Source: an uncultured Pseudomonadota bacterium (GTDB taxonomy: Bacteria; Pseudomonadota; Gammaproteobacteria; Steroidobacterales; Steroidobacteraceae). From it: DNA of 50,647 nt. The position numbers and the translations under genes were made by a program. This document shows positions 9,475-17,373 of this stretch, piece by piece. How positions within the stretch are numbered: position 1 is the stretch's first letter; every line of letters begins with the position of its first letter. Location of the stretch: contig CAIVYV010000072.1 of the NCBI GenBank assembly GCA_903910215.1, positions 1 through 50,647 of the forward strand. Direction: 5' to 3'. The notes under the pieces were generated by a model, which saw only the letters and a list, made by a program, of their open reading frames with translations, had not been told where the DNA came from and ran no database searches.

Positions 9475-11271
9475 ATGGCGTCGACGGATACCTCACATCC
9501 CGACTATTTCCATAAGGTCGTGGATTGTCAGTGGGCCTGCCCGGCTCACACCGATGTTCCCGAGTACATCCGATTGATTGCACAGGGGCGCTTCACCGAT
9601 GCGTATCTGGTGAATCGGCGCTCCAACGTCTTCCCCGGCATCCTCGGGCGAGTTTGTGACCGCCCCTGCGAGCCTGCGTGTCGGCGTGGCCGAGTTGAAG
9701 AGAAGCCCGTTGCCATTTGTCGCCTAAAGCGGGTGGCCGCCGATCATAAAGAAGACTATCGCGATCGACTCCCTGAGATTCCCGCTCACAAGAACGGCAA
9801 GAAGATCGCTTGCATCGGCGCAGGATGCGCATCGCTTACCGTCGCTAACGATCTGATGCCGCTCGGCTACGAAGTGACGATCTTCGAACAGTTCGCCGTC
9901 GCTGGCGGCTTGATGCGCACCAACATCCCCTCGTTCCGCTTGCCTGGCAGCGTGCTCGACGAAGAGATCGGCACGATCGTCGAAATGGGTGTCGATCTGC
10001 GATTGGGTCATCGCATTGATTCGATGCGTCAATTGTTGGAAGAGGGCGGCTTCGATGCCATCTTCGTCGGCTCCGGTGCGCCGAAGGGCAAAGAATTGGA
10101 CTTGCCAGGTCGCACAGAGGCCGCCGCCAATGTTCATATCGGCATCACTTGGCTCGAATCGATCGCCTTCGATCATGTGCACTCGGTCGGTGAGAGCGTG
10201 TTGATCATTGGAGTCGGCAACACAGCGATGGATTGCTGCCGAAGCTCTTTACGCCTCGGCGCCAAGAGCGTGAAGGTAATGGCGCGAAAACCGCGACAGT
10301 TTTTCAAAGCCTCCGAGTGGGAGCTCGAGGATGCCGAAGCCGAGAGCGTCGAGATCGTGATCAATCGATCTCCGAAGTCGTTCGTACTCGAACAGGGCCG
10401 TCTGCGCGGCATGATGTTCGACGTGGTCGAGTACGACACCGATACGGCTGGGCGCATCACTGCTGAGCGCATTGTCGGCGAGGAATTTTTCCCCGCCGAC
10501 GACGTGATTCTCGCCATTGGTCAAGAAAACGCGTTTCCTTGGGTCGAGCGCGACCTTGGAATCGAGTTTGATTGTTGGGATATTCCGAGAGTGGACGCCG
10601 TCACCTTCGAAAGTACGCGCCCCGGCGTTTTCTTCGGCGGCGACGCCGCTTTTGGTCCTAAGAATATCATCTGGTCGGTCGAGCATGGCCATCAAGCTGC
10701 GATTTCGATCCATCTGCATTGCCAAGGCGCCGATTTGAACGCGCGGATGTCGCCCGGTATGAATCTGCAGAGTCGCAAGATGGGTATGCACGAGTGGTCA
10801 TACGCCAACGACTACAACGTGGCTGAGCGGCGTCTTGTTCCGCACGTTTCTCTCAAGGAGAGATTCAAGAACATCGATATCGAAGTTGAGCTTGGGTTCA
10901 CAGCTGAACAGGCGGCTGCGGAAGTTCAACGTTGTCTCAATTGCGACGTACAAACGATTTTCGATGCCAAGTTGTGCATCGAATGCGACGCATGCATCGA
11001 CATCTGCCCCGTTGATTGCCTGACCATGACGGCCGACGGTGATGATGCGGATCTACGTACGCGGCTCAAGGCGCCTGCCAAAAATGTTACGCAGGCGCTC
11101 TATGTCAGCGAGCCGCTGAAGTTCACAAGCCGGGTGATGGTCAAAGACGAGGATGTCTGTGTGCATTGCGGACTATGCGCCGAGCGCTGCCCGACGGCGG
11201 CTTGGGATATGCAGAAGTCTTGGGTGAAGTGGCCCCATGCTATCGATCAGAGCTCGGGAGGTGCCGGTTGA
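9475..11271 (+). CDS. GltD-like NAD(P)H-dependent FAD oxidoreductase fused to a C-terminal 2x[4Fe-4S] ferredoxin domain
   Basis: The N-terminal Cys clusters are 'CQWACPAHTDVPEY' and 'CDRPCEPACRRG'. Two Rossmann motifs are present: 'IACIGAGCASL' and 'VLIIGVGNTAMD'. The C-terminus carries 'CIECDACIDICP' and 'CVHCGLCAERCP'. The ATG at 9475 is preceded by GGGGG. Confidence 0.8.
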   Translation: MASTDTSHPDYFHKVVDCQWACPAHTDVPEYIRLIAQGRFTDAYLVNRRSNVFPGILGRVCDRPCEPACRRGRVEEKPVAICRLKRVAADHKEDYRDRLPEIPAHKNGKKIACIGAGCASLTVANDLMPLGYEVTIFEQFAVAGGLMRTNIPSFRLPGSVLDEEIGTIVEMGVDLRLGHRIDSMRQLLEEGGFDAIFVGSGAPKGKELDLPGRTEAAANVHIGITWLESIAFDHVHSVGESVLIIGVGNTAMDCCRSSLRLGAKSVKVMARKPRQFFKASEWELEDAEAESVEIVINRSPKSFVLEQGRLRGMMFDVVEYDTDTAGRITAERIVGEEFFPADDVILAIGQENAFPWVERDLGIEFDCWDIPRVDAVTFESTRPGVFFGGDAAFGPKNIIWSVEHGHQAAISIHLHCQGADLNARMSPGMNLQSRKMGMHEWSYANDYNVAERRLVPHVSLKERFKNIDIEVELGFTAEQAAAEVQRCLNCDVQTIFDAKLCIECDACIDICPVDCLTMTADGDDADLRTRLKAPAKNVTQALYVSEPLKFTSRVMVKDEDVCVHCGLCAERCPTAAWDMQKSWVKWPHAIDQSSGGAG

Positions 11272-13091
11272 TGTCACGGGTCAATGATTTCGCCATCAAA
11301 ATCGCGACGGTCAATGGCACCGGGTCGGCGAGCGCCAATACGCTGCTCATGAAGTCGATTTTCCGCAGCGGCATTCCTGTGATGGGTAAGAACTACTTCC
11401 CATCCAACATCCAAGGCCTGCCAACCTGGTACGAGATTCGCGTGTCGAAAGACGGCTATGTCGCAAGATCCGGCAAGGTCGACATCATGGTGTGCATGAA
11501 TGCCGAGACCTATGCGCGTGATGTGCGCGAGGTTGCCGCCGGCGGTTATCTGATCTACGACTCAACCTGGCCGCGCCCCGCTTTGCTCAAGCGCGAAGAC
11601 GTCACCGTGCTCGGCGTTCCGCTCGCACAGATGTGCAACGAGAACTTCAAGGGGGTGCGAACGCGCATCCTGATGAAGAACATTTGCTACGCGGGTGTTT
11701 TGGCGGCGCTACTCGATCTCGATCTTGCGCGGATTCGAGAGCTACTCGCCGAGACCTATGCGAAAAAACCGGCACTGGTCGAGTCGAATATGCAGGCGAT
11801 TCAGCTCGGCTATGACTATGCCCGAGCGCATTTCATCTGTCCTTTGCCGTTGCGGGTATCGCCGATGGACAAGACCGCCGGCCATATCATGATCGACGGA
11901 AACACGGCCGCAGCGCTCGGCTGCCTCTATGCGGGAGCCACCGTCGCCGCATGGTATCCGATCACACCATCGACTTCTTTGATGGATGCTTTCAAGTCTT
12001 TCGCCGAAAAGACTCGCATCGATCCCGAGACGAATCGTGCTCAGTTTGCGTTTATTCAGGCCGAAGATGAGTTATCCGCTATTGGCATGGTACTCGGTGC
12101 CAACTGGAACGGTGCCCGCGCCTTCACTGCGACATCGGGTCCGGGTGTGTCGCTGATGGGAGAGTTTCTGGGGCTCGCATATTATGCGGAGGTTCCGGCT
12201 GTCTTGTTCGATGTGCAGCGCGTCGGTCCCTCAACGGGCATGCCGACCCGCACCCAACAGTGCGACGTGCTCGCAGCAGCGTATGCATCCCACGGCGATA
12301 CCAAGCACGTTTGTCTTTATCCCGCCAATCCCGAAGAGTGTTTCTACATGGCGGTGCAAGCTTTCGATCTCGCCGAGCGGTTGCAAACGCCCGTGATGGT
12401 GTTGCTCGATCTCGACATCGGTATGAACGATTGGATGTGTCGTGATCTCGTTTGGGATGACGCTTATCGTCCCGATCGCGGCAAGGTACTTGGAAAAGAC
12501 GAAGTCGAAAAACTAGAGAAGTTCCATCGATATGTCGATAAAGACGAAGATGGCATCACGTATCGCACTTTGCCCGGCGTGCATCCGAAGGGTGCTTACT
12601 TCACGCGCGGCTCAGGGCATACGCAGTTCGGCACTTACACCGAAGACGCAGCCGAGTACCAGGTGGTGATGGATCGGTTGACGCGAAAATTTGCGACGAC
12701 AAAAGACTACATACCTAAAGCCATTTTGCAGGGAGATGGCAAAGCAAAAGTCGCGATTGTGTCGATTGGCAGTTGCGATGGCGCGATTCGTGAAGCGCTT
12801 GATGTGCTCGCACAACGGGGCATCAAACTCGATTATCTGCGAGTACGTGGATTTCCCTTTGGCGAGGATGTCGAGGGTTTTCTCGAATCCCACGATCGCA
12901 TCTATGTTGTAGAGCAGAACCGGGATGCCCAGTTTCGATCCTTGCTGATTCTCGAAACTCGAGTCGAGAAAGCGAAACTACACTCTTTGTTGCACTACAG
13001 CGGTCTGCCGGTCTCATCGGCTTTCATCGTGGATGGCGTGCTCGCGGATTTGGCTGAGGGTCAGCGGTCAGTTGTGGGGGTCGTATCATGA
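11271..13091 (+). CDS. korA: 2-oxoacid:ferredoxin oxidoreductase, fused gamma/alpha subunit
   Basis: The N-terminal gamma-type domain reads 'FAIKIATVNGTGSASANTLLMKS' and is followed by an alpha domain ('AAWYPITPST'). The ATG overlaps the previous stop (TGATG). Confidence 0.88.
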   Translation: MSRVNDFAIKIATVNGTGSASANTLLMKSIFRSGIPVMGKNYFPSNIQGLPTWYEIRVSKDGYVARSGKVDIMVCMNAETYARDVREVAAGGYLIYDSTWPRPALLKREDVTVLGVPLAQMCNENFKGVRTRILMKNICYAGVLAALLDLDLARIRELLAETYAKKPALVESNMQAIQLGYDYARAHFICPLPLRVSPMDKTAGHIMIDGNTAAALGCLYAGATVAAWYPITPSTSLMDAFKSFAEKTRIDPETNRAQFAFIQAEDELSAIGMVLGANWNGARAFTATSGPGVSLMGEFLGLAYYAEVPAVLFDVQRVGPSTGMPTRTQQCDVLAAAYASHGDTKHVCLYPANPEECFYMAVQAFDLAERLQTPVMVLLDLDIGMNDWMCRDLVWDDAYRPDRGKVLGKDEVEKLEKFHRYVDKDEDGITYRTLPGVHPKGAYFTRGSGHTQFGTYTEDAAEYQVVMDRLTRKFATTKDYIPKAILQGDGKAKVAIVSIGSCDGAIREALDVLAQRGIKLDYLRVRGFPFGEDVEGFLESHDRIYVVEQNRDAQFRSLLILETRVEKAKLHSLLHYSGLPVSSAFIVDGVLADLAEGQRSVVGVVS

Positions 13092-14146
13092 CGTTCATTC
13101 CGAAGCCGAAAATCCGTCACCCGGATTTGCCGCTCAACGACCTCGGGCTCACACGACGGGATTACGAAGGATCCTTATCGACACTCTGCGCTGGCTGTGG
13201 CCACGATTCGATCACCGCAGCAATCACTGAGGCCTGCTGGGGGATTTCGATTCGCCCCGAAAATCTCGCCAAACTCTCCGGTATTGGTTGTTCCTCAAAG
13301 ACGACAGCCTATTTCGTCAATGGCGGACACGGCTTCAATTCCGTTCACGGTCGCATGCCCTCGATCGCGACCGGCGCTAATGCTGCCAACCGGGATCTTT
13401 ACTATATCGGTATCTCGGGTGATGGCGATTCTCTGTCAATCGGCCTTGGGCAGTTCTGTCACGCGATCCGGCGCAATCTCAACATGCTGTACATCATCGA
13501 GAACAACGGTGTGTACGGTCTGACTAAAGGTCAGTTTTCCGCTTCGGCGGATATTGGTACGAAGGCCAAAAAGGGCGAAGTCAATCAGCAGCCCCCGATC
13601 GATCCCGTGCTACTGGCGATGAACCTGGGCGCAGGCTTCGTTGCGCGCAGCTTTTCGGGTGATAAGCAGCAATTGGTGCCGCTCATCCAAGCGGGGCTCA
13701 ATTATCCGGGTTTCGCACTGATCGACGTGCTGTCGCCCTGTGTCACATTCAATGATCATGACGGCTCGACCAAGAGCTACGCCTATACGCGCGAGCATTA
13801 CGAACCGATCGTCGAAGCCGACTTCGTACCACTGCGCCAGGAAATCCGTACCGACTACGCCGCTGGCGAGTCGACGGCCGTGACGCTGCATGACGGCAAT
13901 CGGGTGGTGCTCCGCAAGCTCGCTGAGGATTACGATCCGACGGACGCTCATCGCGCCTACGACTATGTGCAGCAGCACATTACCCGCGGCGAATATCTGA
14001 CCGGGCTGTTGCACTGCCGTTCGACGGCGGAGACCGAGTTCCATGCCCTCAGCCGAACGCCGGAGCAGCCCTTGAACCAGATTCCCTACTCGCAGCTACA
14101 TCCGGGAGCGGCCGGTCTCGCACGCTTGTTGGCGCGCTACCGTTGA
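13088..14146 (+). CDS. korB: 2-oxoacid:ferredoxin oxidoreductase, beta (TPP-binding) subunit
   Basis: 'LCAGCGHDSI' and the TPP motif 'GISGDGDSLSIG...ENNGVYGLTKGQ' are present. The start has an ATGA overlap with korA. Confidence 0.9.
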   Translation: MTFIPKPKIRHPDLPLNDLGLTRRDYEGSLSTLCAGCGHDSITAAITEACWGISIRPENLAKLSGIGCSSKTTAYFVNGGHGFNSVHGRMPSIATGANAANRDLYYIGISGDGDSLSIGLGQFCHAIRRNLNMLYIIENNGVYGLTKGQFSASADIGTKAKKGEVNQQPPIDPVLLAMNLGAGFVARSFSGDKQQLVPLIQAGLNYPGFALIDVLSPCVTFNDHDGSTKSYAYTREHYEPIVEADFVPLRQEIRTDYAAGESTAVTLHDGNRVVLRKLAEDYDPTDAHRAYDYVQQHITRGEYLTGLLHCRSTAETEFHALSRTPEQPLNQIPYSQLHPGAAGLARLLARYR

Positions 14147-14199
14147 GTGTCCTACACTTGCCACTTCGACAACGGTTTAAACCAGTGGAGTAGAGCTAG

Positions 14200-14322
14200 A
14201 TGGGTAAGGGAGATAGCAGAAGCCGTCGCGGCAAGATTTATCAAGGTTCTTTCGGCAAGACTCGTCCGAAGGATCCGGTTCGCGCCAAGAAGCGCGCAGC
14301 CAAAAAGACGTCCAAGAAGTAA
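14200..14322 (+). CDS. 30S ribosomal protein bTHX (40 aa); not in the supplied ORF track
   Basis: My own translation reads MGKGDSRSRRGKIYQGSFGKTRPKDPVRAKKRAAKKTSKK. It closely matches my recollection of Thermus Thx ([26 protein letters not shown]). GGAG lies 9 nt upstream and an intrinsic terminator lies downstream. Confidence 0.8.
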   Translation: MGKGDSRSRRGKIYQGSFGKTRPKDPVRAKKRAAKKTSKK

Positions 14323-14351
14323 AAGACACCCGGCTTTACAGGCACAGGTCG

Positions 14352-14390
14352 CAAGGCCCGTCGGAGAAATCCGGTGGGCCTTGTTTTTTT
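14352..14390 (+). terminator. Rho-independent terminator after the bTHX gene
   Basis: The stem CAAGGCCC...GGGCCTTG is followed by TTTTTTT (14384-14390). It sits between convergent genes. Confidence 0.75.
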
Positions 14391-14414
14391 GGTGGCGTCG
14401 GATCCGATCCCAGT

Positions 14415-15635
14415 TTAAACGGACGTGATCGGGCCTCGTCGCAGTAGCATGATCGCGCCAGCCAGCAGCACGAAGGCTGCCGCGAAAAACGAAGCGCCGG
14501 CAAAATCGAAGCGGCTCGTGGCGATGCTGAACAGGTGGGTCATCGCAAACGGCGCCACGATCGCCGTGAAGCTCACGATGCCACTGATCGCACCTTGCAG
14601 CTCCCCTTGTGCGTTGGCCGGTACTCGTCGAGATAGCATGGCGCGGATCGATGGCATGGTGAGCCCGAGCAAGCAGCCGAGCGGAATACTCGCGAACAAC
14701 ATCGCCGGTGAGCTTGCGAAGGCGTAGCCGAGAAAGCCGAGCGCTCCTCCGGTCATACCGATGATCGCGGTGCGATGTTCACCCAACTTGCGGGTGAACA
14801 TACCCACCAAGCCACCCTGCACGACCGCAGTACCGAGACCCAGTGCGGCTAGCGAAAGCCCAACGTCCCGCTCCGTCCAGTCGAACTTGGCCATGACGGT
14901 CCAAGTCCAGGTGGAGGGTAGTGTGTCGTGGCCGATCTGATAGAAGAAGAGTACGACCAGCAATAGAGCGGCACCGGGAATCACGCGCAACGATTTCAAT
15001 GCACCAAGTACGTTGGCACGGCGAACCGAGAAAGCACGCCGTTGGGTGGTGGGCAGCGTTTCGCGCAGCACGATGATCGCGATCAAGAAGTTCAGCGCCG
15101 TGAATACGGCCGCTGCAAAAAACGGTACGCGTGATCCATAGCCGCCGAGCAAGCCGCCGATCACGGGTCCGACGATGAAGCCCATGCCCCAAGCCGCACC
15201 GTTGAGGCCAAAATATTTGGCTCGCTCTGCATGCGGAATGAGATCAGCCACTACGGCATTGGCTGTCGCGAATGTTGCGCCCGCAATACCGGCGATGATG
15301 CGACCGATAAACAGCCAAGCTAGTGTTGGTGCGAGACCCATCAAGACATAGTCGACGGACAATGCGGCGAGCGAGGCCAACAGGATGGGTTTTCGTCCGT
15401 AACGATCGCTGAGATTGCCGAGAATGGGTGAAAAGATGAACTGCATCGATGCATAGGCCAGCGTCAGCCATCCCGCGATCGGCGCTGCTTCTGCCAACGT
15501 AGCGCCGGAGAGCTCCATTACCAATTGTGGTGCGATCGGAATGATGATTCCGATACCCAGCGAGTCGATGAAGAGCGCCATAGCCACGACGGGCAGCATG
15601 GCGCGACTTGGCGGACTCGCTGAACTCATGCTCAT
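14415..15635 (-). CDS. MFS transporter (DHA1 / TetA-like 12-TM efflux type)
   Basis: About 12 hydrophobic segments are visible, with the MFS loop motif 'GNLSDRYGRKPILL'. The ATG at 15635 overlaps the stop of the upstream KAS III gene (ATGA). The track's longer start lies inside that gene. Confidence 0.85.
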   Translation of the reverse strand: MSMSSASPPSRAMLPVVAMALFIDSLGIGIIIPIAPQLVMELSGATLAEAAPIAGWLTLAYASMQFIFSPILGNLSDRYGRKPILLASLAALSVDYVLMGLAPTLAWLFIGRIIAGIAGATFATANAVVADLIPHAERAKYFGLNGAAWGMGFIVGPVIGGLLGGYGSRVPFFAAAVFTALNFLIAIIVLRETLPTTQRRAFSVRRANVLGALKSLRVIPGAALLLVVLFFYQIGHDTLPSTWTWTVMAKFDWTERDVGLSLAALGLGTAVVQGGLVGMFTRKLGEHRTAIIGMTGGALGFLGYAFASSPAMLFASIPLGCLLGLTMPSIRAMLSRRVPANAQGELQGAISGIVSFTAIVAPFAMTHLFSIATSRFDFAGASFFAAAFVLLAGAIMLLRRGPITSV

Positions 15636-16711
15636 GTCAATGCATGACCTTTCGAGCGTCGGTAACGTTGTACAAGTTCGAGTGCAGAATAGGGCGACGG
15701 CGGTAGATCGATCGACGACGAACCGATCGGTTGAGTACGTGCACCCCAACGTACCAGATGCGCACAAAAGGTCAGTCCGCCGCCGAATGCCGGCATCAAT
15801 AGCAGTGACCCGGACTTGATGCGGCCTTGTTCGAGAGCCTCGCACAAGGCAACGGGCACTGTCGCCGCCGACATGTTTCCATATCGCTGCACATTCACGA
15901 AGACGCGATCCATCGGCACGTTGGCGCGCTTGGCGACATACTCGATGATGCGCAGGTTAGCTTGATGGGGGATGACGAGATCAACTTCATCGGGCGTTTT
16001 ACCGGCGCGTCGCAGCACGTCTTCACAGGCGCCGCCCATTCCTGTGACGGCCTTCTTGAAGATCTCTTGACCTTCGAATTGCCACTCCGTCACCCCGGTG
16101 AGTCGATCTTGATGTACGTACGCGCCGCCGATGCCGTGGATGCGCAGGATATCGCGTGCCTCTCCGTAGCAGCCGAGCTTTTCCAGCATGACGCCGGACT
16201 CTTCATCTGTCGCTTGCAGGATGACGGCGGCAGCGCCATCGCCGAAGAGCACCGAGACGTTGCGATCATCCCAATTCATATAAGGAGCGATGCGTTCGCC
16301 GCCGACAACCAAAGCTGAACGAACGACACCGCTACGAATCATGGCGGTTGCGGTGGACAGCCCGTAGAGAAAGCTAGTGCAGGCGGTGTTTACGTCCATC
16401 GCAGCGCAGCCGTCGGCGCCGATCCGTTGCTGCAAACCCGAGGCCATGTTCGGGCACTGATCGTCATGCGTCGTCGTTCCGAAAACGATGAGCTCGATAT
16501 CTTTGCCGCTCAATCCGGCGCAAGCGAGGGCTCGTTCGGCTGCGACATGCGCCATGTCGGCGAGAGGAACATGCGAAATACGACGCTCGCTGATACCTGT
16601 TCGAGTCGTGATCCATTCGTCCGAGGTATCGAGAAAGGTCGCGATGTCGTTATTGCTGAGTGCTGCTGGTGGCAGACATTTGCCCCAGCCCGTGATGCCT
16701 GCATTCGGCAT
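15632..16711 (-). CDS. 3-oxoacyl-ACP synthase III (FabH-like KAS III) with a C-terminal extension
   Basis: The Cys-His-Asn triad contexts are 'NTACTSFLYGL', 'IPHQANLRII' and 'RYGNMSAATV'. The ATG at 16711 is preceded by GAGAGGGG. About 35 extra C-terminal residues follow 'GGGLTFCAHLVRW'. Confidence 0.88.
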   Translation of the reverse strand: MPNAGITGWGKCLPPAALSNNDIATFLDTSDEWITTRTGISERRISHVPLADMAHVAAERALACAGLSGKDIELIVFGTTTHDDQCPNMASGLQQRIGADGCAAMDVNTACTSFLYGLSTATAMIRSGVVRSALVVGGERIAPYMNWDDRNVSVLFGDGAAAVILQATDEESGVMLEKLGCYGEARDILRIHGIGGAYVHQDRLTGVTEWQFEGQEIFKKAVTGMGGACEDVLRRAGKTPDEVDLVIPHQANLRIIEYVAKRANVPMDRVFVNVQRYGNMSAATVPVALCEALEQGRIKSGSLLLMPAFGGGLTFCAHLVRWGARTQPIGSSSIDLPPSPYSALELVQRYRRSKGHALT

Positions 16712-16861
16712 GAGCGTCCCCTCTCCGGATTCCGGGTGTATCCCCGTGTGAGGCGCGAGGATACCCCTCGACGAGGTCCCGTTCCAACTGTTGGTCAAAT
16801 AGATGAATTTTGCGGTCACGAGCAGGATGCCGAGCTAACTTTCACTTCGGCAAACAACAAC

Positions 16862-17365
16862 ATGAAGAGGGGGTTCGACATGTGGATGCCACCGCTCGAT
16901 GATGCTTGGCAAGGCAAGGTGCAGTTTTACGAGCTCTTGTTCGGCACTTGGACCGTCTACATTCTCCTCGTCTTGATGTGGGAGCGAGTACTGAAAGCGC
17001 CGCTAGAAGAGTGGCGCTACGTGTTGTTGACGTTCTTCGGTGCGGGTGCTTTTTGGGTGAACCATTACTGGCTCAAGGCGCCTCCGCCAATCTGGCTCAT
17101 CCTGATCAATCTTTACACCGTCTTTTTCGTGACGGCTTGGTGGGTGATCGGCATGCGCGGACGTCAGCGTTCGTTCGGCTGGAAAGTCGCAGCCTTGCTA
17201 GGCAGTGTCGTATTCACCGTTTCCTTTATTTTCTTCGAGCAAATCGCCCGCATCGGCGTCGAGCGCTGGGGTATGCACGAATTCTGCTTTATGACGCTTA
17301 GCTTCTTCGGGTTCTGGTGGTTGATCCTGTGGCGCAGGAAACAGCCGCCGGTGAACCCGGCCTAA
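16862..17365 (+). CDS. Trp-rich integral membrane protein, function unknown
   Basis: After the ATG at 16862 there are 4-5 predicted TM segments (for example 'WTVYILLVLMW' and 'IWLILINLYTVFFVTAWWVIG'). The first 145 codons of the track ORF are antisense to the KAS III gene and were discarded. Confidence 0.5.
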   Translation: MKRGFDMWMPPLDDAWQGKVQFYELLFGTWTVYILLVLMWERVLKAPLEEWRYVLLTFFGAGAFWVNHYWLKAPPPIWLILINLYTVFFVTAWWVIGMRGRQRSFGWKVAALLGSVVFTVSFIFFEQIARIGVERWGMHEFCFMTLSFFGFWWLILWRRKQPPVNPA

Positions 17366-17373
17366 GCGCTCGC

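Noticed and set aside
14147-14428. A 93-aa GTG-initiated ORF after korB
   Set aside because: It lies in a different frame from the 40-codon bTHX gene, which has a Shine-Dalgarno sequence, a terminator and a family-typical sequence. This ORF runs straight through that terminator hairpin, and its translation is Arg-rich junk.
16734-16768. An imperfect inverted repeat, GGGTGTATCC...GGATACCC, in the KAS III / membrane-protein divergent region
   Set aside because: The arms match only if a 2-nt indel is allowed, and the repeat overlaps a generally GC-rich stretch. This is too weak to call an operator without conservation data.
16427-16861. The N-terminal 145 codons of the 312-aa plus-strand ORF
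   Set aside because: This part is antisense to the KAS III gene and is non-hydrophobic and Arg-rich. The membrane protein plausibly begins at the ATG at 16862.
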